Shown in pieces: positions 9,022 to 17,430 of a stretch of DNA of 38,663 bases (its first letter is position 1; each line of letters begins with the position of its first letter). Source of the DNA: Candidatus Omnitrophota bacterium (GTDB lineage Bacteria > Omnitrophota > Gorgyraeia > Gygaellales > Profunditerraquicolaceae); contig JAQUAH010000001.1 in the NCBI GenBank assembly GCA_028687345.1, positions 1 through 38,663 on the forward strand. Direction: 5' to 3'. A program made the translations under genes and the position numbers. The notes under the pieces were generated by a model. It had not been told where the DNA came from. It made no database searches and was given only the letters and a program-made list of their open reading frames with translations.

Positions 9022-9863
9022 CCAATTATTTGCAGGTTTAATCTATCTCTTTTTTGGTTTATCTGTTTTAAGGTGCTGCTTAATTTCTTCTTGTCTTTTT
9101 TAGCTATAGCTGATTTTAATTTTGATAAATTATTTTGAAATGACTCTATTGCCTTGATAATATTCTTCCGGTTGCTTAAGAGTATATCTACCCAGATTTC
9201 GCTATCGGAACTGGCGAGGCGCGTTGTATCCCTTAAGCCGGTAGAGGAAAATCTCAAATATTGCTTAGGCACAGAATCAATCAAAGAAAAGGCAACTGCG
9301 TGCGGCAGGTGGCTGGTAAGAGCTAAAATCATATCATGTTTTTGGGGAGTGAGCAAAACAACCCTTGCTTCTAAGCGCTGCCAGAAAGCCTTTATTTTTG
9401 CTAAGGCTTTCGCCCGAGAGTTTCGCGTGGGCGTCAATATGCAAAGAGAGCCCCTGAACATATCCGGGCCTGCATTAATAATGCCTTTTTTCTCCGAACC
9501 TGCCAGAGGGTGGCTTCCTATATAATTGGGGAAAAGCTTCCCCAGCTTATTTGAAACCTCTCCCTTCGTGCTCCCAACGTCAATAACTATACAATCTTTT
9601 GAGACTATCTTAGAGATTCTTGGCGCCAGGCTCATTATTACGCTCACCGGAGTAGCTAAAACCAATAAATCCGCTCCTTTAATAATCTCTAAAGCCACAG
9701 ACCCCCTGTCAATGGCGCCTTTATTTTTGGCTAATGCTAAACTCTTCCTGTGGCGGCTTACGCCTATTATCTCATTGGCAAGGTGCTTCTTTTTTATGGC
9801 TAAAGCGATAGACCCTCCGATTAAACCGGTACCGACTATCGCGACTTTATTAAATAGGGGCAT
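9018..9863 (-). CDS. tyrA: prephenate/arogenate dehydrogenase
   Basis: It has an N-terminal Rossmann motif VAIVGTGLIGGSIA, the motif GSHPLAGSEK and the conserved SHLPH motif (LTSHLPHAVAF). It sits within an aromatic amino-acid gene block. Confidence 0.85.
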   Translation of the reverse strand: MPLFNKVAIVGTGLIGGSIALAIKKKHLANEIIGVSRHRKSLALAKNKGAIDRGSVALEIIKGADLLVLATPVSVIMSLAPRISKIVSKDCIVIDVGSTKGEVSNKLGKLFPNYIGSHPLAGSEKKGIINAGPDMFRGSLCILTPTRNSRAKALAKIKAFWQRLEARVVLLTPQKHDMILALTSHLPHAVAFSLIDSVPKQYLRFSSTGLRDTTRLASSDSEIWVDILLSNRKNIIKAIESFQNNLSKLKSAIAKKDKKKLSSTLKQINQKRDRLNLQIIG

Positions 9864-10880
9864 TTAGATTTCTCTTTGAACAGTCTTAGCTAATATTTTT
9901 AATTCCTGCATCAAATTTGAAAAGTTGGCCGGTAATAATGACTGTGCGCCGTCAGACTTGGCGTCCTCCGGATGGCTGTGAACTTCAATAATCAGGCCGT
10001 CAGCTCCTGCGGCAACAGCGGCTTTGGAAAGAGGAGAAACCAGCCCCCATTTACCGGCAGCATGAGACGGGTCAACTATGATAGGCAGGTGAGAAAGCTG
10101 TTTGACGGTAGCGATTGCGCTTATATCCAGGGTATTTCGCGTTGAATCCTCAAATGTCCTGATGCCGCGCTCGCACAAAATAACGTTGAAATTGCCGGCT
10201 GCTAAAATATATTCCGCAGACATAAGCAGCTCTTTAACGGTGGAAGACATCCCGCGCTTCAATACCACCGGCTTCTTGGCAAGGCCGACCTCTTTCAGCA
10301 GGTTAAAATTCTGCATATTGCGCGCGCCAATCTGCAATACATCCACGTAACTTGCCACCAGTTCCAGTTCGCGCGGGTCCATTACCTCGCTGATGGTAAC
10401 TAATCCTAAGGCACCGGCTGTATCTTTTAAAATTTTAAGGCCCTCTTCGCCTAATCCCTGAAAGCTGTAAGGTGAAGTGCGCGGCTTAAACGCGCCTCCC
10501 CGCAGCACGCAAGATCCGGCTTTTTTTATCTCCCTGGCAATCTCGTTTAAGGTAGGCGCATCTTCAATAGCGCAGGGCCCGGCCATAACCACTATCTTTT
10601 TCCCGCCGATTTTTACACCCTTGCCCAGGTCAATAACCGAATCTTCACGCTTAAACTCCCGGGAAACAAGTTTATATGGAGCCAATACCGGCATGACCTT
10701 TTCTACTCCCGGAAAAACCTCTAAGGGCGTGACTTGCAATATATCTTCCGGGCCGATAACGCCGATTATGGTACGCTCTGTGCCTTTTGAGACATGCGGC
10801 GTCAACCCTAATTTCGTGACTTTATCAATGATATGGTTGATCTGCTCATCTGTTGCATCCGGCCTTAAGACTATAATCAT
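9864..10880 (-). CDS. 3-deoxy-7-phosphoheptulonate (DAHP) synthase, type I-beta with N-terminal ferredoxin-like regulatory domain
   Basis: The core has KDO8P/DAHPS-Ibeta motifs ([29 protein letters not shown]). An N-terminal extension of about 65 aa ([26 protein letters not shown]...) resembles the Thermotoga-type regulatory domain. Confidence 0.88.
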   Translation of the reverse strand: MIIVLRPDATDEQINHIIDKVTKLGLTPHVSKGTERTIIGVIGPEDILQVTPLEVFPGVEKVMPVLAPYKLVSREFKREDSVIDLGKGVKIGGKKIVVMAGPCAIEDAPTLNEIAREIKKAGSCVLRGGAFKPRTSPYSFQGLGEEGLKILKDTAGALGLVTISEVMDPRELELVASYVDVLQIGARNMQNFNLLKEVGLAKKPVVLKRGMSSTVKELLMSAEYILAAGNFNVILCERGIRTFEDSTRNTLDISAIATVKQLSHLPIIVDPSHAAGKWGLVSPLSKAAVAAGADGLIIEVHSHPEDAKSDGAQSLLPANFSNLMQELKILAKTVQREI

Positions 10881-10897
10881 CTTTCCTCCATTTCACC

Positions 10898-10937
10898 CCT
10901 GCCTGCCTTGACTGCCGTCAGGCAGGCGGCAGGCAGG
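10898..10937. repeat. GC-rich palindromic (REP-like) element, copy 2 (compound)
   Basis: CCTGCCTGCC-TTGA-CTGCC-GTCA-GGCAG-GC-GGCAGGCAGG. The outer 10-bp arms and inner 5-bp arms can pair. It lies in the 66-nt gap between hisC and the DAHP synthase gene. Confidence 0.6.
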
Positions 10938-10946
10938 CAACACTTG

Positions 10947-12038
10947 CTACCTATTGCCTACCACTTTTTTTAACACTTTAATGAATCTCTCATTTTCTTT
11001 TTTTGTCCCGATAGTTACCCGGATAAAATTCTTTAAACCGTATTGTTTCATATCCCTGACAATAACGCCGTATTTAAGCATCTGGTTGAATACTTCCACG
11101 CAGTCACGGCCTACATCAATGAGGATAAAATTTGCGACACTTGGCACATAAGGTATGCCGAATTTTGTAAGGTTGTCGTATAAATAGCTCTTGCCCTCTA
11201 AAATTAATCTTCTGGTCCTGCGTATGAATTTTTTATCATCCAGGCAGGCAACAGCTGCTACCTGTGCCAGGAAATTGACATTAAAAGGCTGCCTTACCCG
11301 CTCCATATAAGAAATGAATTCCGGGCGAGCCACGGCATAACCTATCCTTAACCCGGCCAATCCATAGGCCTTGGAAAAGGTCTTTAGGACCAGGAGATTC
11401 TTATTTTTGATGTAATTCATGGTGTTGGGAAAATCGTCAACATCAACAAATGTGTCATACGCCTCATCCATTACCAGTAATATATGCTCAGGCAACCCAT
11501 TTATAAAATCCTCAAGTTCATATTTTGTCACATAAGTGCCTGTAGGATTATTGGGATTAGAAATAAATATCAGCTTTGTTTTCCTGTCTATCCTTTTCTT
11601 GATGGACTCTAAATCATATTTAAAATACCTCAGCGGCACCTTGATAATCCTGCGGCCGGCAACCTGCGATATAATCTCATACTCCAAAAATGTAATATCG
11701 GCGGTAATGATTGACTCGTCTTCCTCTACGAAAGTTTTTATGATGACGTCAATCAGCTCATCAGAGCCGTTGCCTAAAATTAAATTATTGGGTGCAAGGT
11801 TCAGGTATTTGCCCAATCTCTTCTTTAAATAAAAACTCTGGCTGTCGGGGTAGCGGTTAATATTAGGCAGATTCTTCCTGATGGCCTGCATTGCCTTAGG
11901 TGAAGCGCCTAAGGGGTTTTCATTAGAAGCCAGCTTCATGACTTCGCGCAGCCCCAATTGTCTTTTGGTCTCTTCTATCGGCTTTCCGGCTATATACGGT
12001 TTTACCGATAAAATATTTTTCCTGATTAATCCTTCCAT
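10947..12038 (-). CDS. hisC: histidinol-phosphate/aromatic aminotransferase (class II PLP aminotransferase)
   Basis: LASNENPLG, NPNNPTG and FSKAYGLAGLRIGY (PLP-Lys box) are present. Embedding between pheA and the DAHP synthase gene suggests an aromatic aminotransferase role. Confidence 0.88.
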   Translation of the reverse strand: MEGLIRKNILSVKPYIAGKPIEETKRQLGLREVMKLASNENPLGASPKAMQAIRKNLPNINRYPDSQSFYLKKRLGKYLNLAPNNLILGNGSDELIDVIIKTFVEEDESIITADITFLEYEIISQVAGRRIIKVPLRYFKYDLESIKKRIDRKTKLIFISNPNNPTGTYVTKYELEDFINGLPEHILLVMDEAYDTFVDVDDFPNTMNYIKNKNLLVLKTFSKAYGLAGLRIGYAVARPEFISYMERVRQPFNVNFLAQVAAVACLDDKKFIRRTRRLILEGKSYLYDNLTKFGIPYVPSVANFILIDVGRDCVEVFNQMLKYGVIVRDMKQYGLKNFIRVTIGTKKENERFIKVLKKVVGNR

Positions 12039-13100
12039 CTAGTCTCCGATAGGGTAAGAACCCAATATTTTTAAAAACTTGCACCTGGTCTCCAATTCTA
12101 AGAGTGCTTTTTTAACGCGTTGGTTTTCTTCATGCCCTTCCAGGTCCACGAAGAAATAATAATCCCAGGCCTTCTTTTTGGAAGGCCGGGATTCAATCTT
12201 GGTAAGATTGATTCTGTATTTTTTAAAAGGTAAAAGCATATTATGTAAAGCGCCCACCTTATCTTTGATAGAAAACAGAATCGAAGTCTTGTCAAAACCG
12301 CTCTCTGCAGCAGAATTTTTTCCAATCACGAGAAACCTCGTAATATTATGCGGAGAATCTTCAATGTCCGAGGCGATGACTTTTAATTTATAAACTTTCG
12401 CTGCCAATAGTGAAGCAATACAGGCACTGTATTTCTGGCGGCTGGCTATTTTTGCTGCAGCCGTGGTACTAGAGACCTCAACAGTTTCTGCGGACGGCAA
12501 ATTTTCCCGCAGCCAAATCCTACATTGGCCGAATACCTGCGGATTGGAATATACGCGTTTAATCTTATCTTTAGGGCAGCTGGCTAACAGATTATGCGAC
12601 ACGTCTAAAATAATCTGGGCGCAAATCTTCAAATCAGAATCCACGAACATATCCAGGGTATGCGTCACCGCTCCCTCAACAGAATTCTCTATCGGCACCA
12701 CTCCGTAATCAGCGCTACCCCTCTCCACTTCCAGAAATACATCGGTAATGCTGTCGCAGGCAATGAATTCTACCTGTGAGCCAAACCTCTTCAGGGCAGC
12801 CAGGTGCGTGAAAGTAGCTTCGGGGCCCAAATAAGCAATCTTTAGGGCCTTATTCAGGCTAAGGCTGGAAGACATAATCTCGCGGTATATCGCCTCAAGC
12901 GCAGCTTGGCTTAAGGGGCCTTTGTTTATCAGGCTTAAGTTATTCAGGATTTGCCTTTCCCGGTCAGGTGAATATACGCCTGAGCCTTTTTTTTGCTTTA
13001 TTTTACCTACCTCTAATGTAATCTTGGCGCGTGAATTTAAAAGCCCGGTTATATTTTTATCTATGACGTCTATTTTCTTACGCAACTTTTTAAGATTCAT
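12039..13100 (-). CDS. pheA: bifunctional chorismate mutase / prephenate dehydratase (P-protein)
   Basis: The N-terminal chorismate mutase helix is LRKKIDVIDKNITGLLNSRAKITLEVGKIK. A PDT domain follows (IAYLGPEATFTHLAA, VVPIENSVEGAV), then a C-terminal ACT domain (ESRP, FFVDLEGH). Confidence 0.92.
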   Translation of the reverse strand: MNLKKLRKKIDVIDKNITGLLNSRAKITLEVGKIKQKKGSGVYSPDRERQILNNLSLINKGPLSQAALEAIYREIMSSSLSLNKALKIAYLGPEATFTHLAALKRFGSQVEFIACDSITDVFLEVERGSADYGVVPIENSVEGAVTHTLDMFVDSDLKICAQIILDVSHNLLASCPKDKIKRVYSNPQVFGQCRIWLRENLPSAETVEVSSTTAAAKIASRQKYSACIASLLAAKVYKLKVIASDIEDSPHNITRFLVIGKNSAAESGFDKTSILFSIKDKVGALHNMLLPFKKYRINLTKIESRPSKKKAWDYYFFVDLEGHEENQRVKKALLELETRCKFLKILGSYPIGD

Positions 13101-13122
13101 TCCCGTTAGACCTCCTTTTGGC

Positions 13123-13701
13123 TCATTTTTGATAATTTTCTTTTAGAACCCCGTTAGAAAGGTCTAACGGGACTCCTTTGTTCTCTAAAAAATTTTCTAT
13201 CTTGGGAAGCTCTTCAAGCGACTTCAAGCCGAAATATTCTAAAAATTGTTTGGTAGTCCCGAATACAAAAGGCCTGCCAGGAGCTTTTTTCCTCCCTGAA
13301 ATACGGATAAGATTTTTATCCAGAAGGTGCTTCATTACCCCGTCTATATTCACATTCCTTAAGAGTTCTATCTCAAGCCTGGCCACCGGTTGTTTGTAAG
13401 CAATAATCGCCAATGTCTCCAGGGCGGGCTTTGACAGCCTTTCTAAACGCCTGCCTTTATATAATTTCCTCAGGAATGGCGCAAAGTTAGGCGAAGCTAT
13501 CATTTGAAATCCGCCTGCAATTTCAACTACAGAGATACCGCGATTAGATTGCGTATATTCAGCTTTTAATTCTTCTATCGTCTTGCGGATTTCAGTCGGC
13601 TCCATGTTATCTAAGGCATTTCTCATCTGTTCAATAGCAATGGGCCGTTCGCTGGAAAAAAGCATAGCTTCTATTGCTGACTTCAGGTTATTTTCCGCCA
13701 T
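13123..13701 (-). CDS. scpB: segregation and condensation protein B
   Basis: AIEAMLFSSERPIAIEQM and LETLAIIAYKQPVARLEIELLRNV...GRPFVFGTTKQFLEYFGL are ScpB winged-helix signatures. Confidence 0.9.
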   Translation of the reverse strand: MAENNLKSAIEAMLFSSERPIAIEQMRNALDNMEPTEIRKTIEELKAEYTQSNRGISVVEIAGGFQMIASPNFAPFLRKLYKGRRLERLSKPALETLAIIAYKQPVARLEIELLRNVNIDGVMKHLLDKNLIRISGRKKAPGRPFVFGTTKQFLEYFGLKSLEELPKIENFLENKGVPLDLSNGVLKENYQK

Positions 13702-13702
13702 A

Positions 13703-14329
13703 TTACCTTAATTTTCTTTGCTTATAGACTACGTTTAATAAATCTTCCGTGGTTTGAACATCGGGAGATTCTTCAAGGGCCTTTTTTATCATTGATAATG
13801 CCTCAGGCCTTTTATACTCTAATTGCGTGAGCACTGCCAAGGCTTCCTGCGTAATGTCGCTGGCCCTGGTTTGCTCTTCTTTTACTTTACCATCCTGTAT
13901 AAGGCCGAACTTGCCTACTTTATTCTGAAGCTTTGCAATAATTTCTCTTGCGCGCTGTTCTCCTATCCCGGGTAAGGACTTTAAGAAATTCATATCCGCC
14001 TCATCTATTGCCTGTGCAATCAAAGATATTGGTTTATTCAGCGCTTTTAAGGCAGCCCTTGGCCCGATACCGGAAACAGTGATAAAAATCTCAAAAAAAT
14101 CTTTTTCAATATCATTCAGAAACCCGATCAATACCGGAATACTCTTTGATGGCTCAACCTGAAGATAATGGAATGTAATAAGATTAACGTTCCCGTCATT
14201 GCTGACATTTTCATCCAAGCGCTGCATTACTGCTGTGGGCACAAAAACCGTATAGGAAATATTGCCTACATCCACAAGCAGGTAATTTTGCCCCTTTTCT
14301 ACAATTTTTCCGCAAATCCTTGAAATCAT
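13703..14329 (-). CDS. ruvA: Holliday junction DNA helicase subunit RuvA
   Basis: MISRICGKIVEKGQNYLLVDVGNISYTVFVP matches the RuvA OB domain. HhH motifs follow (FITVSGIGPRAALKAL, LPGIGEQRAREI). Confidence 0.92.
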   Translation of the reverse strand: MISRICGKIVEKGQNYLLVDVGNISYTVFVPTAVMQRLDENVSNDGNVNLITFHYLQVEPSKSIPVLIGFLNDIEKDFFEIFITVSGIGPRAALKALNKPISLIAQAIDEADMNFLKSLPGIGEQRAREIIAKLQNKVGKFGLIQDGKVKEEQTRASDITQEALAVLTQLEYKRPEALSMIKKALEESPDVQTTEDLLNVVYKQRKLR

Positions 14330-14383
14330 ATTATTTTAGCTTTCTAACTCCCGCCTACGGCGGGATAAGTTCGGGCATATAAG

Positions 14384-14884
14384 TTATGTTCGCTTCGCTC
14401 CATAACTTATGCCCTTACTTATATAGCTATGAGCGATGGCTAATGCCAGGGCGTCTGTCACATCCATGTATCTGGGCAGGCTCTTTAAATTCAAGGTGCT
14501 GGCTACCATCCTCTGGACCTGGCTTTTAGAAGCTAAGCCGCGGCCCACAACCGCTTTCTTCACGCGCGTGGCTGCATATTCAATCAAAGGTATATTCTCT
14601 TTGGCGCAGGCAAGGCAAATAACGCCGCGCGCCTGCCCCAAAAGATACGCTGTTGTAGGATGGCGGTAATGCGCGTATAATTTTTCCAATACTAAAACAT
14701 CAGGCTTGCTATCCGATATCAATTTCATTATCGCACGGTGTATCTTATCCAGCCGCTTAGGCAGTATATCCTTACTGGAAGTAGAGATTATTCCTGCCTC
14801 GCACAAAGAAAGAACATTATTTTTTGCATTGATAACGCCGTATCCTGTTATAGATAAGGCCGGGTCAACGCCTAAAATTATCAT
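14384..14884 (-). CDS. ruvC: crossover junction endodeoxyribonuclease RuvC
   Basis: MIILGVDPALSITGYGVI contains the catalytic Asp. LVLEKLYAHYRHPTTAYLLGQARGV is present. It lies between yebC and ruvA in the classic order. Confidence 0.93.
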   Translation of the reverse strand: MIILGVDPALSITGYGVINAKNNVLSLCEAGIISTSSKDILPKRLDKIHRAIMKLISDSKPDVLVLEKLYAHYRHPTTAYLLGQARGVICLACAKENIPLIEYAATRVKKAVVGRGLASKSQVQRMVASTLNLKSLPRYMDVTDALALAIAHSYISKGISYGAKRT

Positions 14885-14886
14885 GC

Positions 14887-15645
14887 CTATTCGTTTTCGG
14901 ATGCTGCCTGCTCTAAAATTTCGTCAGGTATATCAAAATTCGCGTAAACCTGCTGGACATCGTCATGTTCTTCCAATGCATCAATCAATGACAATACCTG
15001 CTTGGCCTCATTTCCGGTTACCTTAATAGTCGAAGATGGTATCATCGTTACTTCGGCATCCTGCGGCTGTATACCTTTGGCTTCGACAGCCTGTTTAACT
15101 TTTTCAAAATCCTGCGCAGGCGTGATAACTTCATAATTCTTATCATCTGATTTAAAATCTTCTGCGCCTGCATCCAGGCTGATAGACATCAACTCATCTT
15201 CCTTGGCCTTGCTTTTCTCGATAAGCAGGTAGCCTTTTTTGGCAAACATCCAGCTCACCGCTCCGGCCCCGGCCATATTGCCGCCTTTTTTGGACATAAT
15301 GTTACGTAGCTCTGCGGTAGTACGATTTTTATTATCCGTAAGTGCCTCAATCATAATCGCGACACCTCCCGGCCCGTATGCTTCATACATCACTGTTTCA
15401 TAAATTATTCCCGGTATTTCCCCGGTCCCGCGTTTTATTGCCATTTTAACATTTTCGGAAGGCATATTTTCCTCTCTTGCCTTGGCAATTAAGGCGCGCA
15501 ACCTGGAATTTATATCCGGGTTGCCTCCGCCTTCCCGCGCGCAAACCGTGATTTCTTTAATAATCTTGGTATAAGCTGCGCCTTTTTTGGCATCGGCCGC
15601 ATTTTTTTTGGATTTGTTAGTCTTCCATTTAGAGTGACCAGACAT
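14887..15645 (-). CDS. yebC: YebC/PmpR family DNA-binding transcriptional regulator
   Basis: MSGHSKWKTNKSKKNAADAKKGAAYTKIIKEITVCAREGGGNPDINSRLR is the invariant family N-terminus. Confidence 0.95.
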   Translation of the reverse strand: MSGHSKWKTNKSKKNAADAKKGAAYTKIIKEITVCAREGGGNPDINSRLRALIAKAREENMPSENVKMAIKRGTGEIPGIIYETVMYEAYGPGGVAIMIEALTDNKNRTTAELRNIMSKKGGNMAGAGAVSWMFAKKGYLLIEKSKAKEDELMSISLDAGAEDFKSDDKNYEVITPAQDFEKVKQAVEAKGIQPQDAEVTMIPSSTIKVTGNEAKQVLSLIDALEEHDDVQQVYANFDIPDEILEQAASENE

Positions 15646-15670
15646 TTTTTCCTCCTTAAGATAACATTCG

Positions 15671-15740
15671 AGTCGATAGTCTATAGTCGATAGTCAAAGT
15701 AAAGTTTTTACTATTGATTATAGGCCATTGACTATTGACC
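15671..15740. promoter_or_regulatory. cluster of four copies of a 9-mer (TCGATAGTC x2 direct; GACTATTGA x2 on the opposite strand) upstream of yebC
   Basis: AGTCGATAGTC occurs at 15671-15681 and 15685-15695. ACTATTGA occurs at 15710-15717 and 15731-15738, and its reverse complement TCAATAGT differs from TCGATAGT by one base. The cluster lies between the rnpB 3' end and the yebC RBS. An operator function is inferred only. Confidence 0.35.
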
Positions 15741-15762
15741 CATTATTTTTTTACATTTAATA

Positions 15763-16193
15763 GGGACAGGTAGAATAAGCCGGGTTCTGTGTCAATGTGA
15801 ATTCCCACATCCTTAGCGGTCATTTCTCTTAAGGCCGATGTTGCCATCAGCCTTTTGCAGCCAACCCGAGACTAATAACGGCAAGGGCTCTTGCCTCATC
15901 TCTTACTCGGCCTTGCTCCACGCAGAGATTGCCTCGTTTCACCCCTTCGCGAAGGGACTGTCCCCGAAGGGGACTGTCCCTAATGCAAAAGACTCGTCTC
16001 TGTGGCTCTCCCGACTTTCGCTTGCGCTCGGTCGGGTTCCTCGATTTCCGGCCGCATTCGGTCGGAACTTCGGGAATATCCTACCCTGACTTAACATCAA
16101 GGCGACGGGCGTTACCCGTAGCGTTGCCCTCTGGAGCCCGGACTTTCCTCTTCGCCAAAGTATTTTGGCGAAGTAACCGCATTCTACCTGCCC
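15763..16193 (-). ncRNA. rnpB: RNase P RNA, bacterial type A
   Basis: The minus strand carries the universal blocks GAGGAAAGTCCGGGCTCC (complement of 16131-16148), GGGTAACGCCC, GGAGCAAGGCCGAGTAAG and ACAGAACCCGGCTTAT. The P1 helix pairs 5' GGGCAGGTAGAAT with 3' ATTCTACCTGTCCC. The ends are accurate to within a few nt. No protein-coding explanation is needed for this 530-nt gap. Confidence 0.93.
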
Positions 16194-16603
16194 AATTTTT
16201 CTCTAAGAGCTTCTTTTATAGCCTTAGTGGCTAACTTATCAGCACCGCGATTCTCTTCACGGGGAATATTATTTATCGCAATGCTCTTAAACCCCTGCAT
16301 CAAATTCAAAACTTGATTATATAAGCCTATAATATTTGTGCTTTTTATCTTATAAATTTTTTTAATCTGCCTGTATAAAAGCTGGCTATCGGTATTAATC
16401 TTTAAGCTTTCTGCTTTAAGCATTAATGCCTCCTGCAAGGCATAAATTAAAGCAGTGTATTCCGCTATATTATTAGTGGCGTTTCCTATGTAGCTGGAAA
16501 TATTCTTGATTGTTTCTCCGTTACTGCAGATAACCACTCCTATGCCGCTTGGCCCGGGGTTGCCTTTTGACGCGCCGTCAATGTAAATCTCAATCTCCTT
16601 CAT
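16184..16603 (-). CDS. rnhA: ribonuclease HI
   Basis: IYIDGASKGNPGPSGIGVVI (Asp1), NNIAEYTALIYAL (Glu), INTDSQLL (Asp) and ENRGADKLA (Asp) form the RNase H DEDD pattern. The TAG stop at 16184-16186 lies inside the predicted P1 5' strand of rnpB. Confidence 0.85.
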   Translation of the reverse strand: MKEIEIYIDGASKGNPGPSGIGVVICSNGETIKNISSYIGNATNNIAEYTALIYALQEALMLKAESLKINTDSQLLYRQIKKIYKIKSTNIIGLYNQVLNLMQGFKSIAINNIPREENRGADKLATKAIKEALREKLGR

Positions 16604-17331
16604 GAAGATGATTCATCTGCAATATACAATATCCTATTGCATACTTCACAGGTAATTATCCGCTCGTACATTTTTATCAGGTTTATTACCTGCGGGGGCA
16701 CGAACATGTTGCAGCCACCGCAGGAATTATCCTTTACATCTACTATTGCCAGGCCTTCGCGATTACCCAGTATCCTTTCATATTGCTTAAGTATCTTTGG
16801 CTCTATTTCCGGCATAACCTGCTTTCTCTGTGCCTCCAATTGCGCAAGGCGGCCGTCTATTTCTTTAATCCTGTCTTCAACTTTTTCCTTTTGGGCATTA
16901 AATCCCTTTTCTTCTTCTTTGAGATGCTCTTTCTCGCGCTCTGTCTCGGTCTTGACCTTGTCTGCCTGGTCAAATAATTCCAATATTTTATCTTCTATTA
17001 CAGAGGCATCGGTTTTTGCATCATTTATCTGCTGCAGCATAGCCTGGTATTCCTTGTTGGTCTTAAGGGAATAAAGCTGGGTTTGTAATTTCTTTGAGCT
17101 TTCTTCCTTGGTTGCTAACTCTAATTCTTTCTCCTTACGCTGTTTTTGCAAGTCTAAAAGCGACTTCTCCAGCGAACTCAGATGCGCCTTCTTTTCTTCA
17201 AAAGAAGCCTCTAATGCCTTGATTTCCTGCGGCTTAGAATCTTTTTCATGCTTCAGGCCATAGATTTCACTGTCAATTGTCTGCAACTTAATCAAATTTT
17301 CTAACTGCGATTTTAAGTCAACAATCGGCAT
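16600..17331 (-). CDS. coiled-coil C4 zinc-ribbon protein (COG1579/DUF164-like)
   Basis: A long heptad-rich coiled coil is followed by CGGCNMFVPPQ...ITCEVCNRILY (CxxC...CxxC). I moved the start to MPIVDLKSQ... (ATG 17331), which is preceded by AAGGAG. The 28-aa extension in the ORF track is the antisense reading of tRNA-Val. Confidence 0.8.
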   Translation of the reverse strand: MPIVDLKSQLENLIKLQTIDSEIYGLKHEKDSKPQEIKALEASFEEKKAHLSSLEKSLLDLQKQRKEKELELATKEESSKKLQTQLYSLKTNKEYQAMLQQINDAKTDASVIEDKILELFDQADKVKTETEREKEHLKEEEKGFNAQKEKVEDRIKEIDGRLAQLEAQRKQVMPEIEPKILKQYERILGNREGLAIVDVKDNSCGGCNMFVPPQVINLIKMYERIITCEVCNRILYIADESSS

Positions 17332-17344
17332 AAATCTCCTTGGA

Positions 17345-17421
17345 TGGTGGGCGATAGAGGATTCGGACCTCTGACCTCCACAATGTGAGTGTGGCGCTCT
17401 AACCAGCTGAGCCAATCGCCC
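17345..17421 (-). tRNA. tRNA-Val (anticodon CAC), CCA encoded
   Basis: The reverse complement is GGGCGATTGGCTCAGCTGGTTAGAGCGCCACACTCACATTGTGGAGGTCAGAGGTCCGAATCCTCTATCGCCCACCA. It folds as a cloverleaf: 7-bp acceptor, GCTC/GAGC D-stem, CCACA/TGTGG anticodon stem, loop CTCACAT, and T-arm AGAGG-TCCGAAT-CCTCT. Confidence 0.9.
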
Positions 17422-17430
17422 TAACTTAAC

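Noticed and set aside
14350-14414. Small hairpin CCCGCC-TAC-GGCGGG and the CATAA(G/C)TTATGCC 13-mer shared with 4756-4768 (and CGCCTAC..GGCG at 4576-4590)
   Set aside because: The matches are short (4-13 nt). One lies partly within the ruvC coding end, and neither has a T-run. That is too little evidence to call a second repeat family or a terminator.
15838-16234. Two plus-strand ORFs (83 and 101 aa) filling the gap between yebC and rnhA
   Set aside because: The region is fully explained by a type-A RNase P RNA on the minus strand, with all universal sequence blocks present. The ORFs are antisense artefacts of a GC-rich structured RNA gene.
17332-17415. N-terminal 28 aa (MAQLVRAPHSHCGGQRSESSIAHHPRRF) of the 271-aa ORF
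   Set aside because: This stretch is the antisense reading of tRNA-Val (17345-17421). The internal ATG at 17331 has a perfect AAGGAG RBS and begins the coiled-coil domain.
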